This document shows, in pieces, positions 36,210-47,040 of a stretch of 64,000 bases of DNA. The stretch is from assembly GCF_902459465.1 (NCBI RefSeq), contig NC_047076.1, positions 5,642,001 to 5,706,000 on the forward strand. Reading direction: 5' to 3'. Under the pieces are notes generated by a model. The model saw only the letters and a list, made by a program, of their open reading frames with translations, did not search any database and was not told the DNA's origin. This stretch comes from Asterias rubens (Eukaryota). The translations under genes and the position numbers were made by a program. The stretch's first letter is position 1, and every line of letters begins with the position of its first letter.

Positions 36210-39200
36210 CTACCATACAAATCCAAGCCTCTTTGAGGTTTTACCAGTATTTCCTGCATGGGAGTATTTCACGTTATCTGTGCTGTTCCTTTGGTAGTGG
36301 GGCAACTCCACGTCGGTGTGGTCGTTCACGAGGTAACTTGGGCGGATTCCACCTTTACCTTCAAAGACGGGCCCGAGCCCACCCCCATGGCCCTCCCTCG
36401 CTGCCTTCCGCAGGGGGTAGGTGTTCCTCTGACCCTCCTCGCAGTGGTCGATGACCTTCTTGGCGTATTCTTGGAACTGTATCTCCTCCATGGCGAGCAG
36501 CTCCAAGTTCTTCTTGTCCATCTCCAGTTTCTCCTGCTCCTCTTTGACTTCTAGATCCTGCCTCTCCGAGACCTGTTTGATGTGGAACTTGGCCAGTTTG
36601 ACGTTTCCGGTTCTCGTCTGGCTGTACTTCTCTTTCTGTTTGGCAGCAAAGAGCTTGTCGGCCTCCATCTTGGTGTAGAGGGCTTCCAGCTCGCGTCTCT
36701 TTTCCTCCCGTTCAAGCTGTTCTCGCTGCTTCATCTGCATCATCCTGTGCTCGGCTTCCTCCTGCAGGTTCTTTCCAAGCTTCTGTTCTTTCTCCATGGC
36801 TTCTTTATCTCGGGCAGCTTCGCGCTCCTCGACGGCCTTGGCGATGCGGTCATCTTCGTCGTCCATCTTCGCCTTGAGTTGACCGTCAAGTTTGTTGACC
36901 ATCTTGTTCACATTATCTTGCTTTTTCCTGTACAAAAAAAAAAAAAGTGACTTTTAGCAAGCTAGAAAATGATCAAATGATGGAAGGGGAATACTGTCTG
37001 CTCCCTTTTTTAAAGTACAAATTAGAATTAATATTTGTCTGTGTTTTTTGGCCATGGCATGAATCCCTACTCACTGTGAAGGAAGATGTATGTAATATAA
37101 TTCACCTGTAGACATTTCAGCTTAATTAAGTTACTTTAAGGAATTTTTTTTACCCATTCCTCAAAGACTACAGCACCTCAGCAAGTAATATTTTAAGGGA
37201 AGCTTGTACTTACTGCCACAGTGTCTGCTCTCGCTCCTTCCTCAGTTTGGTCATCTTCTTCTTGGCGGCAGCGAAGATGCGAATTTCCTCTTCCTCCTCC
37301 TCTTCCTTCTGCAACTCAGCGGCGCGAATCAAATCCCTGTTGGCCACAGTCTGTTTGTGGGCGTTCATCAGGTCGATCTTCTCCTGTGTGCGAATCCCCT
37401 CGATCTTAGCCTTCTCAGCGTTGTAGTGAATCACGTTTTGTTTGAGATCCTCTCCCTCTCGGATGTCATCGATGACTTCTCTTTCTCCGTCGGCGATGTG
37501 TTTCTCGATCCTACAAAGATTTATTAATTAAAGACAGTGGACACTAATGGTAATGGTCAAAGACCAGTCTTCTCACTTGGTGTATGTCAACATATGCAAG
37601 AAATAACAAACCTGTGAAAATTTGAGCTGAATTGGTCGTCGAAGTTGCGAGATAATAATGAGAGAAAAAACACCCTTGTCACACTAAGTTGTGTGCGTTT
37701 ACATGGTTGATTTTGAGACCTCAAGTTCTAAATTTGAGGTCTCGAAATCAAATTTGTGGAAAATTACTTTTTTTCTCGAAAACTATGTCACTTCAAAAGG
37801 AACCGTTTCTCACAATGATTTATACTATCAACCTCTCCCCATTACTCGCTCCAAGTGAGGTTTTATGCTAATAATTATTTTGAGTAATTACCAATAGTGT
37901 CCAGTGCCTCTGGACACTATTTGTAATTACTCAACACAAATTGTTAGCATAAAAAACCTAGTTGGTAACACACAATGTAGAGCTGATAATAGTATAAAAC
38001 ATTGTGAGAAACGGCTCTCTCTGAAGTTACGTAGTTTTTGAGAAAGAGGTCAGCTGAAGCCTTTTATTATGCATCTGAAGCACACAAGGTCATGCAACAA
38101 GGGTGTTTTATCTTTCATTCTTCTTTTGCAAATTCGATGACCAATTATTGAGCCCACATTTTCACATATTTGTTATTAATTCATTTTGGGATACACCAAG
38201 TGAGAATACTGGTCTTGGACAAATTACAAAAGGTGTCCAGTGCCTTTAACCAACCAGTCAGAGCAGTAAGGGCAAATGTATCTACATCGTGCGAACACAG
38301 TTTTGTCCTTTGCAGTTAGATAAAGCTGGATAGATAGATAGATTGCCCTTTATGTTCACTCACAAACTGGTTTGAGGGGGTAAAGTACCAGATTGTAGGA
38401 GGGTGAAAGCTTGTAGATTCTGCATCTCAGAACTTCTGGACATTGGCAAATAGTCAACAGAATACTGAGTTTTTTAGAGAACAAAACTACAACAATATGG
38501 AAAGGCTCGCGGTAACACCATGCAATGACTATCTCTAATAGAGTTGGGGTGGTTCTGAAAAGAACAATTGGTTTCAACTCGACGTTTCGATCAGTATGCT
38601 CTGATCGTCATCTGTCTCCAAATGATTCAGAGCATACTGATCGGAACGACGAGTTGAAACCAACGGGTTCTTTTCAGAACCACCCCAACTCATTAAGAGA
38701 TAGTCATTACATGGTGTTAAAGGCAGTGGACACTATTGGTGATTACTCAAAATATTTATTAGCATAAAACCTTTCTTGGTGACAAGTAATGGGGAGAGGT
38801 TGATAGTATAAAACATTGTGAGAAATGGCTCCCTCTGAAGTGCCATAGTTTTCGAGAAAGAAGAAATTTTCCACGAATTTGATTTCGAGACCTCAGGTTT
38901 AGAACTTGAGGTCTCGAAATCAACCATCTAAACGCACACAACTTCGTGTGACAAAGGTGTTTTTTTCTTTCATTTTTATCTCGCAAGTTCGATGACCGAT
39001 TGGGCTCAAATTTTTACAGGTTTGTTATTTTATGCATATGTTGAGATACACCAACTGTGAAGGCTAGTCTTTGACAATTACCAATAGTGTCCACTGCCTT
39101 TAACGCAAACCTTTTCATACCATATTTCCACCATGCAAAGTTTCAAATCCTACTTTAAAACTACAACAACAATATTGACCCTCTCTTGAATAGAACGTGG

Positions 39201-41464
39201 GCACTCACTGCTTAATTTGGAACTCTGCCACTTGCTTCCTCTCTTTGAGTGATTTGACCGCTTTCTTGTGATCTTCCAGAATACCTTCCTCCAGTTCCCT
39301 CTGATATCGGGCCAGAAGACCCTTATCCTTTTCGGCCATGGCGGCATCTTTGCGATCCTTCAGATTGATTTGAGCTTCACGCTCCTTCAAGACTTCGGTC
39401 AGCAGCAGAGCACCCTGTAAACAAGTACAATCAGATCATCAATATCAGTTTGCTGAGAACTTTAATCATCTTGATTGGCAGACAGTGGTTTATCGATTAA
39501 AAACCTATGTTCTGTCCTGGTCTCCTGTCAGGTTTTTGCCAAGCTAAACATTCTTGTTTGACAACTATTATGGAATTGTCCCTTTAATAGTGACCCCTTT
39601 GCCTTGATGCCATATATAGCTACTGTCATGAAAATTCATCATATATTGCGTATTACAAGGCATGCAAGAATTACTGCAAATTAGCATTACAGTACAAGCT
39701 TTGCTTGAGCTAGACACAGTTGCAAGCAGACAAATTATTCCGCTTACAGCCTTAAAATATCAAGTTTTTTATTCAAGTCAGCAACGCCTTCAAAATAATA
39801 ATAATAATGGACACTTTTGTAGCGCCGGTATCCGCCGCAAGCGGCGCTCAAAGTAACATAACATAATAAGAAAAATAAACTTAACAAAATGCTTCTCTAT
39901 GAAGATGGGTTTTAAAACTGTTCTTGAATATGTTGAGTGATTTGAAGAATTTCGCAGTTTCCGGTAAGAAGCTTAAAAGCAGGCTTATTACCGTTCATCT
40001 AATTATGAACTCTCGCCATGTTAACCATATCTATTCGGTGCTTGCACAGTAAGCAGAGAATGGTGATTGCAAGCGCAGAAATCGGCAGTAAGCAGAGCCA
40101 TGAAATTGGGCCCTGCTTTTATCACAGCGACATGACCCCTTCAAAGAAATAAGCAATAATTTGTGTTTTTGTTGTACTTACATGAAATCCTTTCACCCTG
40201 TCTGTTTGGTAGTATTGTAGTGTCTTGGCCTTCTCAATAGCTTCTTTCCTACGTTGGGCTTGGAACTTTGCCTCCCCTATATCCACCTGAACTCTCTCCG
40301 CCTCTTCCTTCTCCTCTCGGATCGCTCGAGCTTCCAACTTCTTCAGACGCTGACCCTGTTCAAGAAGAAAAATCAGCTCAATATTACTCTCTTAAAAAAG
40401 CCCCTCCTCCTTCCTTTTTTTTGAGAAACTCGGACGCTAAACATGTTTCTTTTTTTACTCAGTGTGATAATAGTAACGAAAGAAGGAAACTAAAATGTAG
40501 AGCAAGAGATTTCTCCTTACAGCTATTGTGTTACTCCAGTTCTTCACCATCTCCTTGGAGCGTTGATGTAGAAGCTTCTTCTCCTCATGCCTGGCCCGCA
40601 TCCTCTCCTCCTCCTGCGATTTCTTTTCCAGTTGGGCGGCGATGCGGCTCCAGTCACCCTGGGAGAGGATGGTGACTTGGCGTAGGTCCTCAGCAGTTGG
40701 TACATGCATCAACCCGGCTGTCTGATCGTTCGGATCGACGGGTGGTGTGGAACCTGCGTAAATCAAAAATACAAAATATTTTTAGGGAAGAGTAATAATA
40801 CTTTTTGCATGAAATACAACAGCACTGATTTAATTTAAAATCAACTGTGTACTCAACAACAATGATAATATTTAAATGACTTAATTATTGTTGTTTCAGG
40901 GGTGATTTTATTACCGACAGGATTTATTGTCAATAACATTCTGTTGTAATCATAACAATACAATACAAAATAATTTTTTCTTTTTCAAAATCGAAGAGCG
41001 TGACAATATTCTTAATCTTAACTGAATAAATCTTTACTTCATGTACTTCGTCAATACAAATTTGAAACTTGAATAAAACAATTGAAAGATAAACATTACT
41101 TTTCAATTTCATCAACAACATTTATTTACCCAAAAAAAATCAAATGAAATGTTAAATTATTAATTATTCAAACTAAATTACGATAACCATAACTCAATAG
41201 AAGTTTGACATCTGTTGTATCTATTCTATGGACATTTTTAATCTTAAAACAGTGCTAGGGGCCTATATAGTATAGCTTTATGTAAAATATGGCTGAGCGA
41301 ATCCAGAGAAAATGACACCGGGACAACGGCGCGCTACGCCCGGTCAGTCTTCAGCCTGAGTGCAATGAGAGTAGAGAGAAGAACAAAAACAACGAACACA
41401 AAATCTTACCTCGAGACTTTCCTTTCCTGCGACCATATCTCACAGTTTCTCCGCTCACTTCCAT
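36210..41464 (-). CDS. CFAP210: Cilia- and flagella-associated protein 210 (CCDC173), 6 exons, 560 aa
   Basis: Exons: 41410-41464, 40521-40753, 40182-40355, 39209-39414, 37214-37510, 36210-36927 (1683 nt, phase-consistent). Long E/K/R/Q coiled coil. Motifs VKNWSNTIAG, QYYQTDRVKGFHGALLLTEVLKEREAQI, GGGLGPVFEGKGGIRPSY and terminal KRLGFVW match recalled human CCDC173. Confidence 0.94.
37528..38249. mobile_element. Two T2/Kolobok-like MITEs head-to-head in CFAP210 intron 4
   Basis: Reversed copy at 37528-37909 joined to a forward copy at 37910-38249; outer ends TTAAAGAC and CCTTTAA. Confidence 0.82.
38513..38719. mobile_element. Head-to-head inverted pair of short Penelope-like elements with hammerhead-like remnants at the centre
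   Basis: Roughly 95-bp imperfect inverted arms containing TAACACCATG, GTTCTGAAAAGAAC and CGTTTCGATCAG. Confidence 0.7.
38717..39103 (+). mobile_element. Full-length T2/Kolobok-like MITE
   Basis: TTAA at 38717-38720 and 39100-39103, with a near-perfect TIR AGGCAGTGGACACTATTGGT. Confidence 0.9.
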
Positions 41465-41639
41465 CTTCTACGTCTCCCTGACCGCTCGTCAATGTAGAGA
41501 TGACAAGAAACTCAAAAAATGAATTTACATTCACTTAGAATTTAGTGAATTTTCAGTTGTTTTGTGTGAGAAATTTGTTAGTCCCTACAGAATTTCAGCG
41601 GCAGTCATGCACGAGCTGGAGAGATCCAATTTACATAGC

Positions 41640-41707
41640 GTTGCTAAGGTCGTCAACCAAATAAACACGTTTTATTCGCTACTCTACAGCACCAACAGAG
41701 GGCGCTG
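41640..41707. promoter_or_regulatory. Putative bidirectional CFAP210/PHOSPHO2 promoter with an RFX half-site and a CTCF-like motif
   Basis: GTTGCTAAGG (minus strand CCTTAGCAAC) at 41640-41649, about 175 bp upstream of the CFAP210 ATG; CCAACAGAGGGCGCTG at 41692-41707. Motif matches only. Confidence 0.45.
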
Positions 41708-42198
41708 TTGCAAAAAAACAAGGTGACCCAAAAAAACGAGACATCAAAAAATACCGGACCGTATCCCGTATGGTACAAATAAATTGTACTAGCCTGCAAT
41801 CTGCTGTTTATGAATGGTATGCCTCATTATATTCCAAGCATTATTTGTTTCTTTAAACCACCCAATTTTGTCAACCTTTTTGGATAAGTGATAAAATCTA
41901 TAACGTCAAATTATGGTGATAAGAGTCGTGTACTGTGGTGGATGTAGATGGATGGCCGCTTGATGAATTGGCTGCTGAAAAGGGGGCGGGGCGACAGGTG
42001 GTTTGTGGGGACTGGTGGGGGGGGGGGGGTAAGCCTGCGATTGAGATTAGTGGGGTTCAGCTAAGGTTCTGTGCTGGAAGGCTTCAGTTGTTATCCAGTA
42101 AAGATAATGTTTAAAAATTAAATTCTTCAATACAAGTTACATTAGTTTTTGTTTTTGCCTTATTTCAGCATTTATTTTTTAGGCAGTTCCCAAAGAAA

Positions 42199-42957
42199 AT
42201 GCCAGTTCCCAAAGTCCTTGTGGTCTTGGACTTTGACCACACCATCGTAGATGACAACTCCGATACCAGAGTCTGGAACCTCCTCCCTGGCAAGAACGTC
42301 CCTCAAGACATCAAGAACAGCTACAAGGACCACAAGAGCTGGACTGCATACATGGCCGATATCTTTCTTCATCTCCACACTCTAGGCGTTCAGAAGAAAG
42401 ACATCGTCAATTGCTTCAGGGACATTCCCTTCACACCAGGGATGTTAGAGTTTCTGAAATATCAAGAGAAAGCGCCCTCTGTTGACACCATTATCGCATC
42501 CGATGCAAACTCTTTTTTCATCAGCTGCATCATGGAGGGGGTGGGGCTCGCCAATGCGTACAAGGAGATCTTCACAAACCCGGCTGAATTCGACGATGAG
42601 GGATGTCTAAAAATACAACATCATCACCAACATGACTGCCCCCGTTGTGCAGTCAACATGTGCAAGGGGACCATACTTAAAGATTACATCGCAAGGATGC
42701 GTCAGTCGAATGGAATAGAGTACGACAGAGTTCTATTCGTCGGGGATGGTGGCAATGATTTCTGCCCATGCTTGGCTCTTGGAGAGCGAGATTTTGTCTT
42801 TCCCAGGAAGGGTTATAAACTCATTCAGAAAATCGAGAAGTACAATAAAGAGAGTCCGAGTGACAGTGAGCCTCATCAGAAACTCAGAGCGACGGTGGTA
42901 CCGTGGGACAACGCTCGTGAGATTTTAAATTGTTTACAGGGTATAGTGGAAGGATGA
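42199..42957 (+). CDS. PHOSPHO2: HAD-family phosphatase PHOSPHO2/PHOSPHO1-like (pyridoxal phosphate or phosphoethanolamine phosphatase), single coding exon, 252 aa
   Basis: Open ORF with HAD motif I DFDHT, SDAN, NMCKG and motif IV GDGGND. Acceptor-like ttatttcag and tttttag just upstream suggest a 5' UTR intron. PHOSPHO1 versus PHOSPHO2 cannot be settled from motifs alone; the CFAP210 neighbour favours PHOSPHO2. Confidence 0.93.
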   Translation: MPVPKVLVVLDFDHTIVDDNSDTRVWNLLPGKNVPQDIKNSYKDHKSWTAYMADIFLHLHTLGVQKKDIVNCFRDIPFTPGMLEFLKYQEKAPSVDTIIASDANSFFISCIMEGVGLANAYKEIFTNPAEFDDEGCLKIQHHHQHDCPRCAVNMCKGTILKDYIARMRQSNGIEYDRVLFVGDGGNDFCPCLALGERDFVFPRKGYKLIQKIEKYNKESPSDSEPHQKLRATVVPWDNAREILNCLQGIVEG

Positions 42958-44655
42958 GTGTACAGATTCAAGCAAACAAAAATCACAAACTTGTCATTTT
43001 TCTTTCAATATTGAAAGAAAAATGACAAGTTTCTTGAATAGGTTTTAAATTATCTTTTGGGATTTGAAACTTTGCATGGTGGAAGTAATAACTGACTTGA
43101 GAATTCATTATAGTTCTCAATTTTCTAAATTATTATAATTTGCATATTGTATCAACATTGATTATCTTTATATTTTTGTATTCATAGCAATTTCACATAT
43201 CAGGGTGTCATTTAAAATTGATAGAACATTTCTATTCAGTGTTTACCATTCATTTATTGTTTTTAGCATTGTACCAAAGATCAACATTTTTATTTTGAGT
43301 TATGCTTACATATGGCGAGCATGTCATAGCCGAATGTTTTACGCATCGGATTAAAGTACTGATGGCTTAATCCTCAGACTAGTGGTTTGAAATCTAGTCA
43401 TGAACTGTCAGGTCTGTGTGCTTCGTTTTTGAAAGGGCAAGGGCACCAAGGCATTTTCTCCTTGAGTAAAGGGCACCCTATGAGGATTTTGTAAATTTGT
43501 ACTGGAGCATTTCAAGGGCACCAAGGCAATGACCAGGGGACACGGAGGCAATCGCCTTCTGTGCCTCCGTGAAGTATCAGGACTGACCTGTAACTTAAGT
43601 CGTAAGTCCTTGAGCAAGACAATTTACCATGAATTGCTTCTGAGTAACCAGGTGTATAAATGGGAACCTTCGAGAGCTAGACCACAGAGATTGCCCGGTA
43701 GCTAGTGCCAGTTCGAATCCCAGAAGACATTTCCTCAGCCTCTCAAATTCTTACTGTTATTTTACAACAGTTTTGATCAGTAAATAATAATTTCATGCAA
43801 TCTTGGAAATAAGTTTTAATGGAAATAATTTATGTTGGTATTTTTAGTAAGTATTTCGGTTTGCATTTTGGTACTGGAACGGTTCAGGGAGCAGCAGGCT
43901 GTGGTAGGCCTATATTTTCTTGCAAAGGGTATTTGATTTGGACAATCTTAAAGTCTATTGGAAAGTTTAGAAGGCGCACAAAGGCAAAGATATGGGGAAA
44001 CAGAGGCCATTGTGTAATTCCACAGGCCTGGCCTAGAGGTATTTGCCTCTCAACTCGAAAGTATCGAGCTTGAAGAAGCCTTACATTTGTTGAACTACTG
44101 ATCATCCCTACTGATCATTAACTTTTGATATGAAAAAAAAGGCCAATGCAAAACAAATTAAGGTGCACGCAAGATTCTGTCATTTTATTGCAAAAGAAAA
44201 AAATGTAAGATTTCATCAATGTCTTGCCCAAACTTGCCCTTTTTGTAAACAAAGTGACATCCCACACTCGGTGGGTATTAGCTCGGTTAGGAAAACTGTG
44301 ATAGCTGTAAATTAGTATATTGTTTTATTTTGAAGAATTTTGTTTAGAATGATTTCAAAATTATGCATCTTGGAGACATTGGTTGCAAATAAAAGAAGAA
44401 ACTATAGAAGCGGGTGTTCTTAAATCTTTTGGTTTCATCTTGTGTTTTATTCATGTTTGATCAACTTGACTTTTAGAATATGACCAATGAATAAAATTAT
44501 TTGAATATACGTCCTTTGACTCCTTTATTATCATTCTTTATTATTATTAACGCTCGAGTAACTTACCATCAGCATTTATGGCACCCCCCCTAAAAAAACT
44601 CTCTCCGCCCCCCCCCCCCCCCCCCCCACACCCAGCACAGCCCATTTCATTTTGA

Positions 44656-44821
44656 TGACGTCGTGGCTTGATTTGCATGTGGATAAATCCAAGATGGCCG
44701 CGCCCACGTAAACATCGAGGAAAGTAATTCGGACGACGTTTGTTGAAGTTAAAATGTGATTTATGTATTGCATCTAAGTCCTAAAACACCAAGGTCAAGG
44801 TAAGATGTAAGTAATGTGAGT
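44656..44821 (+). promoter_or_regulatory. Putative ANKZF1 promoter and non-coding first exon
   Basis: CpG-rich patch with TGACGTCG (44656), octamer ATTTGCAT (44671) and YY1-like CAAGATGGCCGC (44690), followed by donors GTAAGA, GTAAGT and GTGAGT at 44800, 44807 and 44816. Confidence 0.45.
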
Positions 44822-46350
44822 GAACACGTAATAAACCGCTGACCCACCCGTTGGGATGGTTCCTTCAAAAAAATGGTTCCATTGATGATTGATCGGTCAG
44901 CTCATGATCCCCATGCCATGTCTATCATGTCATGGTCGGATGGTCAGCTGTTCCACCTTGTTGAGCTGTTAATAATGGCTCCGCTTTTAACATCGGTCTC
45001 ATCACTGTCACCGTAATGGCGACAGTGATGAGACCGATAGTAAAAGCGGAGCCATTATTAACAGCTCAACAAGGTGGGCTAGGTCAGCTGTAGCCCCACA
45101 AATCGGTCCAATCCACGAGCTGGAGTGTGTCACTTTGTCATGTGTGTTGGTCCCGCGACTTTTGTGTGTAAAAGTGGGGCTCAAATGGGAAATCCCTCAA
45201 ATGTACTGTTCTACGCTATATGACCCTTAATGGTTTATTTTTTTTAGCATGGATGATGGAACCGGAACCAGAACTAGGACTAGGTAGCTAGTACAGCACT
45301 CAGCAGCTAGCACTAGCAGGGGTTTTTAGTTTTTTAAATTAACAGTAAAACATAACTCCCAAAAAGTATAAATTTTACTTTTTGGGAGTTATGTTTTACT
45401 GTTAATTTAAAAAAGTGTTATTTAAATAAATATTGGAACGGAACCCCCTTCCTTGGGAATTCTGCCAGTCGTGGGATTTATATTAAAGAAATGGCCAGAT
45501 AAATTACCAAAAGAAAAATGAACAAGCCAATAACTTGGGGTTTAATTTTGGGGAAAGTTGTTGTTGTGTTTTACAGGCTTTAGCCCTCCAAATTCAATAT
45601 CCAATTCGCCTAGACGCTAGACCCAGTAACTGGGGATAGGGCAATTTCGAAAAAAGGAGTACAGCGCCCCAGTTCGCCCAGGAAGTTAACCCAAATTTAA
45701 TGCTAAAACATTGCTAATGCTAGATGCACCCGGGGTATAGAGAAATAAAAATGTGAACTTACAGAACCAAGGCGTGGGCTACACTACACATCATCACCAA
45801 TGCCATGAAAACCCAGCCATAAAAACACTGACTTTGAGTTCAGTTCAGACATGATGCTCACACTCCAATGCCCCAGTCACAAATACTCAATGTAAAACTG
45901 AGCACAATGATTTTATACCAAAACTCTAGTGGATTCAAAAGCACTTAGTTAAGTCACAAAGCATGGGAAGTAACCTAAAAGAGGCTCTTTAAACTTTAGT
46001 CTTAGGTCAACACAATGAACATGTATAAAGAAAGAACACCAAGGCTCAGCTAGTGAATGAAAGCAGCTTACAGCTGCTACAAAAATGACTTAACAAAGCA
46101 TGACTCCCTCTGGGGTGTGGCATAGTACATTCTTGGCACATTCTTGCACACTAAACAATGTTGTATATGTTGCAATAAAAAAAAGGTCTGACTAAGGTCA
46201 ACTGTTTGGTCAGCTATGGGCAGCCAATTCTAGCCAAACAAACCCACCATAACAAAATACACAAGTAACCAAAACTGAGTGTAAATATGATGGACAGCAA
46301 AAAGGGCAAAAATAATTTTTGTTGACACTATGTCATCCCTTTCATTAGAG

Positions 46351-46530
46351 TAGACCCAGTTACTGGCAATGACTGCTTGAGGGGGGGGGGTGGTTAGTAA
46401 CTGCTGGGGTGGGGGGCGCTGTTCTCCTTTTTTTCCGAAACTTGTCATTATCGGTCATGCTAGCTAGATAATAACAATTTCTGAAAATGAAAAGAAAAAA
46501 GGAGTACAGCGCCCCCAGTAACTGGGTCTA
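46351..46530. mobile_element. Small MITE with 16-bp TIR
   Basis: TAGACCCAGTTACTGG / CCAGTAACTGGGTCTA; a related piece lies at about 45620-45690. Confidence 0.65.
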
Positions 46531-47040
46531 CCCTTTCATGGAATCCAGAACTGTCATACTTGTGGGCCGGGTCAGCATCAAGCCACCATGGAAAAAACTA
46601 GTTGCGATGATCTTAACCCTCCATCCTCCCGACAGTCGGAGATCAAAACAATGTGCACAAGATTCGACCGTGAGTGCAATTTTGCCAGTGTTGACAGACT
46701 AGTCACTAGATTTGCCCAATTTTTACCGCTTTCAATATTCATCACACAAATTCTAAGAACTTGGATTTGATCATCATGTCCAGTGAATCCATTCGTAATC
46801 GTAACACTCGAAACACCAGTGAAGTAAAAATATTTAAAAAGTGAGAAAGTTTTTGAGAAGGAGATAATTTCTCACTCGAATATAAAGAATACTTTTATTA
46901 TGCACCTGAAAGCACACAAAGTTGTGCAACAAGGGTGTTTTTTTCCTTTCATTATTCTCTTGCAAATTCGATGACCAATTTAGCCTAAATTTTAGTTTTG
47001 ATTCAACCCCACCTTTATAGCAAAATTTGTATAAGCTGGT

